Assembly (NCBI GenBank): GCA_049472315.1
Contig: JBLIRN010000017.1
Span: forward strand, 1-64,000
DNA from: a bacterium
GTDB taxonomy: Bacteria; SZUA-182; DTGQ01; JAFGSM01
Reading direction: 5' to 3'
Length of the DNA: 64,000 nt
The position numbers were made by a program, and so were the translations under genes. How positions within the stretch are numbered: the first letter of the stretch is position 1; every line of letters begins with the position of its first letter. Under the pieces are notes generated by a model that saw only the letters and a program-made list of their open reading frames with translations, was not told the origin of the DNA and did no database searches. Positions 40,210 to 48,807 of this stretch are shown piece after piece.

Positions 40210-41604
40210 TCATTCCCTGATCTTCAGCCTTTTCTTGCGATAGCGAAAGGTGTGATGGTTGATATTGAGGAGCCGTGCAGCCTTGCACTCATTTCCCCCG
40301 GCCATTCTGAGCGCCTCTTCGATATAGAAACGTTCAAAGGCCTGATGCGCAGCGGCGAGGTCCATGCCGTCGGGGGGGATAGAGGGTAGGGTGTGCGGGA
40401 GATCTTTGCGGCCGCTGCGTACTCCCCGTATGCCTGCATCTTTGATTCCCAGGTCCTGGGGCGTCAATTCAGGTCCCTTGCCCACGAGCGCCCCACGCTC
40501 AATGAAGTTTCTCAATTCGCGGACATTCCCCGTCCACCGATGAACGGTGAGAACGGCTTCGGCCTGTGGGGAGAGCCCCGTAAAGGTCTTGCCGAACTTT
40601 TTGCTGAATTCCACCAGGAAGTGTTCGGCCAGGGGTATGATATCCTCCCGGCGTTCGTTCAGGGAGGGGACCTCAACCTTGATGACCCCAAGGCGGAAAT
40701 AGAGGTCCTTGCGGAACATGCCGTTCTGAATCATGGCCTCCAGGTCCTTATTGGTTGCCGAGACTATCCTGGTTTTCACCGTGATTTTCTCGGTGCCGCC
40801 GATATGGTAGAATTCCCCCATCTCGAGAAACCTGAGCAGTTTTGCCTGGGCCTCGATGCTCAGGTCACCCACCTCGTCGAGAAACAGGGTCCCGTTTTTC
40901 GCCTCCTCGATCAGCCCCCTCTTCCCCGATTCCCTTGCCCCGGTGAATGCCCCCTTTTCATACCCGAAAAGCTCGCTCTCGATGAGCTCCTTGTGAATGG
41001 ATGCACAATTCACCGTTATCAGCGGCCCGTTGAAGTTGGGGCTCCGATAATGAATGGCACCGGCGATAAGCTCCTTGCCGGTGCCGGTCTCCCCGATGAT
41101 GAGGATAGGGGTGTCCGCGCTCTTGGCTACCATTTCGATAAATTCCATTACCTCCTGCATGATGTTGCTGGTGCCGCTAAAGAAAGGGATGTTCTCCTTC
41201 AGATAGTGCTCCTGGAGCGCCCGGACCTCCTTGCGCAACCTGACGGACTCCAGACAGTTGCGGATGATCATCTCGAGTCCGTCCATGTTGATCGGTTTTA
41301 TCACATAATCGCGCGCCCCCTGCTTCATGGCGGCAATCACGGTGTTGATGTCCTCATAGGCCGTGATCATGATCACCAGGATTTCGGGGTCGATGTCCTT
41401 GATGTGGCGGAGTGCATCGAGGCCGTCCATCCCCGGCAGTCCGATATCGAGCAGCACCAGATCGGGAGGGGTGCCTTTGATTGCCTTGATGGCGGCCTCG
41501 GCTGTGGGGAATGCCTTCACCTGATACTCCGGTTCCAGTGCCATGGTGATACCCTCCCGGATGGTCTCTTCATCATCGATGATGTAAATGAGATAGGAGA
41601 TCAT
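40210..41604 (-). CDS. NtrC-family sigma54 enhancer-binding response regulator
   Basis: Receiver; GETGTGKE; GAFTGA; LFLDEV; WTGNVREL; C-terminal HTH. Confidence 0.95.
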   Translation of the reverse strand: MISYLIYIIDDEETIREGITMALEPEYQVKAFPTAEAAIKAIKGTPPDLVLLDIGLPGMDGLDALRHIKDIDPEILVIMITAYEDINTVIAAMKQGARDYVIKPINMDGLEMIIRNCLESVRLRKEVRALQEHYLKENIPFFSGTSNIMQEVMEFIEMVAKSADTPILIIGETGTGKELIAGAIHYRSPNFNGPLITVNCASIHKELIESELFGYEKGAFTGARESGKRGLIEEAKNGTLFLDEVGDLSIEAQAKLLRFLEMGEFYHIGGTEKITVKTRIVSATNKDLEAMIQNGMFRKDLYFRLGVIKVEVPSLNERREDIIPLAEHFLVEFSKKFGKTFTGLSPQAEAVLTVHRWTGNVRELRNFIERGALVGKGPELTPQDLGIKDAGIRGVRSGRKDLPHTLPSIPPDGMDLAAAHQAFERFYIEEALRMAGGNECKAARLLNINHHTFRYRKKRLKIRE

Positions 41605-43763
41605 TTACGTCCGTTCCCCTGGGCTGTCGGGATTTCGATCTTGAATTCGGCCCCGCCCCACTCGCTTGTGCCCAGATTGAGGCTCCCTCCGTGGTCCGTA
41701 ATGATGCGGTGGCAGATGCTCAGACCGATTCCCGTGCTTCCGGTCTTGGTGGTATAAAAGGGATCGAAGATCCTTCCCTGTATTTGAGGGGGGATGCCGA
41801 GGCCTGAATCTGAAATGGTAAGTATGATGGAGCTCTTCTGCATGGATGAAGAGATGCGTATCCTCTTTTCTCCTTCCATATGCTTTATGGCATCCGAGGC
41901 ATTGGTGATCAGGTTCAGGATCACCTCCTCTATCAGGTGGCTGTCGATGAGGCAGGTAGGAAGCCTTTTGGCCAGGTGCTTTTCCAGTGTTATACCCATT
42001 TTTCTCAGAGAGGTTGATGCCAAACCGAGGGCCTCTTCGATCGGGTGGTTGATGTCCGTCAGGAGGAGCTTCGGCGTGCACGGCCGTGAGAAGTCCATGA
42101 CCCTCCGTATAACGGATTCGATCTTTCCCGATGCCGATTGGATCTGGCTGATGATCCGTTTTACCTTTTCCAGGTCTTCCCCCTTGTCATAGATCTTCTC
42201 CAAGGTATTCAGATAGATGTTGATACCCGAGAGGGGATTCCGGATCTCATGTGCAATCCCCGCAGCCACACGGCCCAACGATGTCATCTTGTCCTGAATC
42301 CTCACAAGATTTTCAAGCTCTTTGGCCCTGGAAATGTCCATCATGTTGATGAGTATTGCCTCTTTACCCTGGTATTCGGTCGTGGTCGTTCTGCAGGACA
42401 CCCATTTCATGGCGTGTCCTCCCCGGGGATAGAACCGGAAGTCCAATGAGATGTTCCGCACCTCCCCCGAGGTCAACCGGGAGAAATCCGATCTGACCCT
42501 TTCCACATCCTCGGAATGGATGCCGCAAAAATCCATGGAATGAAAGAACGCGGATTCAGGCCCGAAAATCCTCTCATATTCAGGATTCCGGTAAATAATC
42601 CTGTCTTCCTGGATGATGGCGATGCCGATCAGGGAGTTTTCAACCAGGTCGCGGAATCTCTTCTCGCTCCTCTGGAGCGCCTCCTCGGCCTCTCTTTTCT
42701 CGGTGATGTCGATGGAGAAGCCGATTATCCCGATGATGTTTCCCTGGTCATCCCGGTAGGGGATCTTATCCGTTTCAAACCAACGCAGCCCTTGCGCTGT
42801 AGCCATTTGTTCGGTGATGTTCCGTTTCGGGCAGCCGGTCTCCATGACCTCACGGTCGTCCCTCCAGAAATCGTCACCCTGACCGGGGAAGAGATGGAAA
42901 CAGGATTTTTCGATGATCTCTTTTCGTGATAGTCCGGTTGCCCTGACAAAGGAATCGTTGACCCGCACGATCCGGTTTTCCGTATCCTTGTAGAACACCA
43001 TGGCAGGCACCGCATCCAGGATGATCTGCAGTTCCCTATCCTTCCGCTTCCGATCCTCTGCCAGGTCGATGCTGTGGAGGGCGAAGGCGATATCTTCCGC
43101 CACCTCTTCGATGAGTCCCTGGTCCCTTTCGTCGGCCATAAAATGCTTGGCAGTCGATACCGACAGCGCCCCATAGATCTTTCCCCCGTGCTCCAATCGC
43201 ACGGTCATGACCCCCCTGTCAGGGTATTGGGAAGCAAGGGGGCATTCAGGACAGGCGAGGGCAGGGGTGTCAATGAATACCACCTCCGATTTTGAGAGTG
43301 CCCGTTTGATGCAAGGGGGAAGTTGGTTGGAGTTCATTTCTTCGCATAGAGAGAGGGAGAGGAAGTCTTCATCCCAACCAGCCTCGGCAGTGGTAACGAG
43401 CCCCCCCGATGGCCCCAGCAAAACGATCCAGGCAGTGAGGTAATATCCCTTGTTTTCGACCAGGGTATTGCAGATGCCCTGGATGAGCCTTTCGCGGTCC
43501 CCCTCCTTGACCAGGAGCTTGTCCACGTTTTGTATGATACGCAGCATGAGATTGAGACGGGCAGTCCGTCCTCTGCTTTCCTTGAGCTTTATGCGCCATA
43601 TAAAGAAGATAAGCCCCAGGAAGCCGCCGATCACGAAAGGGAAGGAATAGTATCGCACGATAATAGGAGGGTGACCGATGATGATATCCTGGATGCCGAA
43701 GAGAATGCAGAATACTGCGGATCCTGCGAGGAATGAAAGGAGCCGGCTAATACTTCGTCTCAT
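41601..43763 (-). CDS. Membrane GAF-PAS-PAS histidine kinase (NtrB-like)
   Basis: Two TMs; AHEIRNPL, FDPFYTTK, GIGLSI; 4-bp overlap with the NtrC-like gene. Confidence 0.92.
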   Translation of the reverse strand: MRRSISRLLSFLAGSAVFCILFGIQDIIIGHPPIIVRYYSFPFVIGGFLGLIFFIWRIKLKESRGRTARLNLMLRIIQNVDKLLVKEGDRERLIQGICNTLVENKGYYLTAWIVLLGPSGGLVTTAEAGWDEDFLSLSLCEEMNSNQLPPCIKRALSKSEVVFIDTPALACPECPLASQYPDRGVMTVRLEHGGKIYGALSVSTAKHFMADERDQGLIEEVAEDIAFALHSIDLAEDRKRKDRELQIILDAVPAMVFYKDTENRIVRVNDSFVRATGLSRKEIIEKSCFHLFPGQGDDFWRDDREVMETGCPKRNITEQMATAQGLRWFETDKIPYRDDQGNIIGIIGFSIDITEKREAEEALQRSEKRFRDLVENSLIGIAIIQEDRIIYRNPEYERIFGPESAFFHSMDFCGIHSEDVERVRSDFSRLTSGEVRNISLDFRFYPRGGHAMKWVSCRTTTTEYQGKEAILINMMDISRAKELENLVRIQDKMTSLGRVAAGIAHEIRNPLSGINIYLNTLEKIYDKGEDLEKVKRIISQIQSASGKIESVIRRVMDFSRPCTPKLLLTDINHPIEEALGLASTSLRKMGITLEKHLAKRLPTCLIDSHLIEEVILNLITNASDAIKHMEGEKRIRISSSMQKSSIILTISDSGLGIPPQIQGRIFDPFYTTKTGSTGIGLSICHRIITDHGGSLNLGTSEWGGAEFKIEIPTAQGNGRK

Positions 43764-44014
43764 GTGTGTCTCCAGGATTTACATCACCGCTTTCACTGAG
43801 GCATGCCGCACTATTATCATGTGACATACCATTTATGATGTCTCCAGCCTCCTGAAACGGTGATGGTCCTATTCCAATCTTATTGAACGAAAAGGCTATT
43901 GTCAATTAAGCATATGAGCTTATTACTCTTTCAAGCAATAATAATGCCAGAAATGGAGGGAACCGGACGTATCATGTCCGGTTGCGTTTGAAACGGAACA
44001 GAGGGATGGGGATG

Positions 44015-44056
44015 AAAAAGGAAAAGCCTGGGTGTCTCCTGTCATCCAGGCCTTCC
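44015..44056 (-). terminator. Intrinsic terminator after the GMYGGL-repeat gene
   Basis: Minus strand GGAAGGCCTGGATG...CACCCAGGCTTTTCC followed by TTTTT. Confidence 0.6.
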
Positions 44057-44107
44057 ATCTATCAACTGGTGTGCTTGTGACCGGGTGAGGCCTTACCACA
44101 TCCCTGA

Positions 44108-44485
44108 TCAGTATATTCCGTACATTCCGTAGAGCCCGCCGTACATTCCGTAGAGCCCGCCGTACATGCCGTAGAGTCCGCCGTACATGCCCATGAGGCC
44201 GCCGTACATGCCCATGAGGCCACCGTACATGCCCATGAGGCCACCGTACATGCCGTAGAGTCCGCCGTACATACCATACAGTCCGCCGTACATGCCCATG
44301 AGGCCGCCGTACATACCGTACATGCCACCGTACATGCCGTAGAGTCCGCCGTACATGCCATAGAGTCCGCCATAGAGTCCGCCGTAGTAGCCGCTGTAAT
44401 AGGCATTCGCCTGACCAACAAAAACAACGCACAGGGCGATGACGAGCACTAAGCTAATTGAAAGAACTAGCCCTTTTTTACTCAT
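44108..44485 (-). CDS. Secreted Gly/Tyr/Met/Leu heptad-repeat protein
   Basis: RBS AAGGAGG; 28-aa signal peptide ANA|Y; 11 GMYGG(L/M)(Y/M) heptads with synonymous codon variation. Confidence 0.85.
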   Translation of the reverse strand: MSKKGLVLSISLVLVIALCVVFVGQANAYYSGYYGGLYGGLYGMYGGLYGMYGGMYGMYGGLMGMYGGLYGMYGGLYGMYGGLMGMYGGLMGMYGGLMGMYGGLYGMYGGLYGMYGGLYGMYGIY

Positions 44486-44907
44486 CGGTCCTAACCTCCT
44501 TCAAAAACCTGGTGAATGAACGTACTTTTTTCACTATCAAACCTGCCAAGAATAAGGATAGTGGTAAAAGTTCTTAATCCTTATATTCACCCCCTTTCAC
44601 ACATCCCAATACTGATCCTTTACGTGGGGTGCACAATGGATGTTCGATCGTGGTGTATGCCGTAAGAGTCGCACGGTCGAAATTCGAGCGGACAGCCGTT
44701 GTGTGTCGATTGCATCCTCCTTCCTGCGAATTCAGTATCTTGGCGTGCTTAGAGAGTAAAGAAACAGACCCTTCGTGCAAAAAACTTCGCAAAATTTCGA
44801 AGTTTTCACACATGCCTTTGATACAGGCGGCCGTAATGTGCCGGGCTTAGGATGGGAATGCATCCGTTGCCTACGTCAGGGATGTTCTCCACACACTGCC
44901 GGCTACC

Positions 44908-44954
44908 AAAAAGGTGCGGCAGGAAGGCCGGGAAATCCCCGGGCCTCCCTGCCG
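44908..44954 (-). terminator. Intrinsic terminator after 44968..45444
   Basis: CGGCAGGGAGGCCCGGGG-ATTT-CCCGGCCTTCCTGCCG then CACCTTTTT. Confidence 0.7.
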
Positions 44955-44967
44955 AAACCATGTTTCA

Positions 44968-45444
44968 TCACGTTATCGAGAAAGTACCCACCGGTGTCGG
45001 GAATGTCACGCCCAGGGTAGCCGGGGTTGACACGTTGACAATTGGCGCAGCTTGGGGCTGAGGATTAAACAGGTTCGGGAAGAGCTGATTGTACAATCCG
45101 GCAACACCGAGTAGCGGAGCGATCTGGAGGAATGGCACCTGATAGGTCAGGCCTCCTGCTGTTTGCACCGGATAGTAAAGATTCGCGAAACTGAACGGGC
45201 TGTACATGCCCCCGTACATGCCGTACATGCCGTACATGCCTCCGTAGAGGCCCCCATAAAGTCCGCCATAGCCACCTAAGAGGCCCCCATACAGCCCGCC
45301 ATAGCCACCTAAGAGGCCCCCATACATGCCTAAGAGGCCACCATAGAGCCCGCCGTAATAGGCGTTTACACGGGGCGCAAGGCAGAGGGCAACGGCGGCG
45401 ACGAGAATAAGTACTGCAAATATCTCAATCCCTTTCCTTTTCAT
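44968..45444 (-). CDS. Secreted Gly/Tyr-repeat protein with Pro-rich C-terminal half
   Basis: RBS AAGGAGG; signal peptide VNA|Y; YGGL repeats. Confidence 0.85.
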   Translation of the reverse strand: MKRKGIEIFAVLILVAAVALCLAPRVNAYYGGLYGGLLGMYGGLLGGYGGLYGGLLGGYGGLYGGLYGGMYGMYGMYGGMYSPFSFANLYYPVQTAGGLTYQVPFLQIAPLLGVAGLYNQLFPNLFNPQPQAAPIVNVSTPATLGVTFPTPVGTFSIT

Positions 45445-45742
45445 GCTCGCTAACCTCCTTTTTTAACCTTGTCTGACGAAGGGTTCTATGAGAACAGATT
45501 CAGCACAATGTCTCCTGCTATCCTCCTCCTTTCTTTCGGCCCACATGTTGCCTAAAGGCCCTAAAGGTTGTGTGCATAGAGCGAAGTATGGTTCCAATCG
45601 ATTGTGGTTTTCGGGGGACAGGCTGTTACGAATTGGGATATAAAAAGGAGGTTATTAAAATGGAATACTACATAAAAAACATTACTTACAAAAACTCCCT
45701 TGTAACAACCTGTCACACATTCACGTCTCGAGTACTATAAAA

Positions 45743-45758
45743 AGCAACTTGTATGCCA
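45743..45758 (-). promoter_or_regulatory. Putative sigma54 (-24/-12) promoter for the Gly/Tyr protein gene
   Basis: TGGCATACAAGTTGCT, near consensus; palindrome ATTTCGAAAT at 45850-45859. Confidence 0.7.
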
Positions 45759-45975
45759 GCACAGAGGGATATCCAAGATGACATAACCACCTGTAATATA
45801 TGGCATTTACATCTTCAGCCACAACGCCTGTGGTACGCTATTTAGAAGAATTTCGAAATCCGTATATGAAAAATTCAAAAACGTGCACGCACGTGATTTA
45901 CACGCACTGGAACTGGTGATACAATCCCCGTGGAAGGCTGAATCAAGATGGCGAAAGGGGTATTTATTGTGAAGG

Positions 45976-46908
45976 ATGGACACAGGGATGCGCGGGATTC
46001 GTACACGAGTATGCGGCATTGAGCGGCCAACCAGGCTCGATCGGGCCTTGCTCCTCCTGTTTCCTTATTGGGGGCGTCATGCCGTGAGGTCGCTGATCAA
46101 TGCGGGAGGGGTCAGGGTCAATGGCCGAGTGGTCTGGCTCTGCTCCTGGATGGTGGAACACGGTGACGAAATCGAGGTTGCCCGCCCTCCCGAAGAGAAG
46201 CTGCCCCCTCCTGCCGTGTTCGATGATGCCTGGATCATTAGCCTGGAGGATGACCTCATCGCCGTCAACAAGCCTGTAGGTTTGCTTTCCCACGACACGC
46301 ACGGTGCCCGGGCGGGCAACCTCCTGGATCTTTCGATCCGGCGGTTTGGCGCCCTTTCCCTGTTCCATCGCCTCGATCGCGACGCCTCCGGCATAGTGAT
46401 CCTCACCCGTCCCGGTCCGATCAACCGTTTCCTGGATACTGCATTCAAGGCAGGTACGGTTGGGCGGGAGTATTGTGCGGCTGTGGCTGCGCCCAACCGT
46501 CTCGCACCCGAGGGATGCATCACCGCTTACATCGGCTCACATCCCAGGCGCCGGGATATGATGTCGGTGAAGGAAAAGGGGGGACTTCGCGCCATTACCC
46601 GCTACCAAGTGACGGGGGAGTCGCAGGGGGTACAGTGGGTGCGTCTGTGGCCGGAAACAGGGCGTACGCACCAGCTACGTATCCACATGGCCTTCATGGG
46701 CGCACCGATTCTTGGGGACCGTCTCTACGGACCGCTGCTCGGGCGTGAGAGGAAGGCACCCTCAACGGGCGTGGGTCGCCTGATGCTCCACGCCTGCCGG
46801 ATTACCCTTCCTGGAATGGGTGGAATGCCTGAACGTGCCTATGGCGCACCGCTTCCGGAGGATTTCCTCACGATGATCGAACCGTCCTCGTGCAGTGCGA
46901 CGCCATGA
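45976..46908 (+). CDS. RluA/RluD-family pseudouridine synthase
   Basis: S4-like N-terminus; VNKPVG, HRLDRDASG, TGRTHQLRIH, ILGD.LYG. Confidence 0.92.
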   Translation: MDTGMRGIRTRVCGIERPTRLDRALLLLFPYWGRHAVRSLINAGGVRVNGRVVWLCSWMVEHGDEIEVARPPEEKLPPPAVFDDAWIISLEDDLIAVNKPVGLLSHDTHGARAGNLLDLSIRRFGALSLFHRLDRDASGIVILTRPGPINRFLDTAFKAGTVGREYCAAVAAPNRLAPEGCITAYIGSHPRRRDMMSVKEKGGLRAITRYQVTGESQGVQWVRLWPETGRTHQLRIHMAFMGAPILGDRLYGPLLGRERKAPSTGVGRLMLHACRITLPGMGGMPERAYGAPLPEDFLTMIEPSSCSATP

Positions 46909-46911
46909 TGA

Positions 46912-48327
46912 TCAGTAATATTCCTGGAGTCCCTCCCTGAGGTATTCGAATCCCTCGATCGCCCGCCACCGTTCATCCCTGGTGCCCGGTTCGCGTACTC
47001 CCATTTTCCGTATCACGAGGTCTTCGAAACGGGCGATCTCATCATGCCCCACCATCATCTCCTCACACGCCCGGATTGTCTCGATTGCTATGGTTCTTCC
47101 CCTGTTCAAGGCAACCTCGACAAAGGGATGGCGGTAGGAGATCGAGGGAAGGATCCTGGCCTCGCTGTACCCGATCATAAGGGTCACGCGTTCGAACGAT
47201 ACATGCTCCCACACGGATGTGCCGAAATAGAGCCTGTTTCCCGATGCGTCCCTGCACCAGGATGTCCCGCTTGTATTCCGGGCCCTCAAGCGATCCGCAA
47301 GCATCCGGATCTCATCCGCCGGGCCCGTAACGCAGAGGGTGCGAAGGTATCCATTCTCGGTGATCTCCTCATACCCTTTCCGTATGACCCGGGCACTCCG
47401 TTTGCGAGCCGCCGCCCGCTGGAACCTGTTTTTGTACACAAAGGAGCAGTAGTTTATGGGAGGCCCGACCGCGTTTTCTATGGCATATCGCATGAGGTTC
47501 AATGCGGTCAATTCGGACTCGAGCACGGTCACCTTCTCCCCGTGGAGGAAGGTGTAGTTTCGGTGCGCGAGCTGCTCGTAATTGTGCGGGGTCAGGCGCA
47601 ACTGATGAAGGTTCAGGTGGTGTATCCCGATCTGCTCCATCTCGGCGAGCTTGGCCTTCATGAGATCATAATCCTCAGGGACCGCAGGGATCTCCACCGT
47701 GACACACCCGATGGTGCCCACCGCCAATTTCACCGGCTCGAGGTCATAGCCGGAAGCGCCGATATTGAACCTGATTTCATCCAATCCCGCATCCCTGAGC
47801 CGGGCGAGGATCTCCTGTGTTGCCAGGGTCCCGTTCGTATACAGCCACACATGAATCCTGTCCGCAAACCGTTTCTTCACCGCACTGATGAAGCTCAGCG
47901 TGGTGGGAAGGGTAACCAGGGGCTCGCCGCCGCTGATGCTCACCCCTTTGAAATCAAGTGCCCCGATGTAGTCTACGTAGTCACCGGTGCGGGGGAAGGG
48001 CACCGTGTTCGTCATGGGCACGCTTATGCCCTTCTGCTCGGCGGGGCAGTAAAAGCAGCGGCAGTTGCACCTTCCGTTGATGAACAGGCAGGACCACGTG
48101 CCATTTCCGCATATCTCGCACCCCGGAGAGAGGTCACCCGAATGGGGTTTGGTCCCCTTGAATCGGATGTGCACCGATTCCTCCAGGGCGGATAGTATCT
48201 CCTGCCTCAGGCCGGCTGCGCTGCGGGCCTGTGTTTCCGAGGCCCATCTCAAGGCTGCGTACCGTTCGCCGTACTCGTCCTTGTTGGCCTCGATGATGCG
48301 ACTTCTGTATGTCGTGCTGGTATCCAT
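46912..48327 (-). CDS. Radical SAM protein (uncharacterised, COG2108-like); start uncertain
   Basis: LSPGCEIC, CNCRCFYC (CxxxCxxC), SGGEP, LYTNG, LDEIRF. Confidence 0.85.
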   Translation of the reverse strand: MDTSTTYRSRIIEANKDEYGERYAALRWASETQARSAAGLRQEILSALEESVHIRFKGTKPHSGDLSPGCEICGNGTWSCLFINGRCNCRCFYCPAEQKGISVPMTNTVPFPRTGDYVDYIGALDFKGVSISGGEPLVTLPTTLSFISAVKKRFADRIHVWLYTNGTLATQEILARLRDAGLDEIRFNIGASGYDLEPVKLAVGTIGCVTVEIPAVPEDYDLMKAKLAEMEQIGIHHLNLHQLRLTPHNYEQLAHRNYTFLHGEKVTVLESELTALNLMRYAIENAVGPPINYCSFVYKNRFQRAAARKRSARVIRKGYEEITENGYLRTLCVTGPADEIRMLADRLRARNTSGTSWCRDASGNRLYFGTSVWEHVSFERVTLMIGYSEARILPSISYRHPFVEVALNRGRTIAIETIRACEEMMVGHDEIARFEDLVIRKMGVREPGTRDERWRAIEGFEYLREGLQEYY

Positions 48328-48807
48328 GGGCGGTGTCCTTGCCATGTGCGCGGTGCTCTGACTCCTTCCCCTTTCAGCCGTTGTTTCGGGATTCTCCGTA
48401 TCAGGGGGATAACCGGGCGTGCAGCGGGGAGTGAAGACACGTGCGGTGTAAAGGCCAATGCCGTTGTGAAGCACTATAGCAGCAATCCTGGTGCGTGTCG
48501 AGATCCAAATCCCCGCAACGGATGCACAATGTATCCTGTGCCTGTTCACCGGATGCAATGCATTCGCATCGATCAGGGGAATGATGGTTAAATGCTATTG
48601 GATACAGGGGGGATACGGGGGTGTGGGTTGCTTTTTGGCCGATCTGTCTATACAATTTTTATCTAAGCCGATATCCGGTGCGGTTTGATTCGAACCGCTC
48701 CGGGAAGGACGGATTATCGAGCCCCTCCCGGAATGCACATCATCCCGGCGAAGGTGCAGGGGACTGAGAATGATCGTTGTCACCAGGCGATGAACAGGAG
48801 GAACGGC

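Noticed and set aside
44108..44400. 21-nt tandem repeats as a CRISPR array
   Set aside because: No unique spacers and no cas genes; the repeats are in-frame coding units with synonymous variation
43923..44432. Alternative-frame ORFs (HVRR and ACTA repeats)
   Set aside because: Frame shadows of the GMYGGL gene; only that frame has an RBS and signal peptide
44647..44662. Sigma54 promoter for the heptad gene (CGGCATACACCACGAT, minus strand)
   Set aside because: The -24 half resembles the 45758 site but the -12 GC is absent
46912..48327. Radical SAM as maturase of the Gly/Tyr proteins
   Set aside because: No SPASM or RRE domain seen; separated from them by rluA; Sec-exported substrates lack a RiPP-like leader
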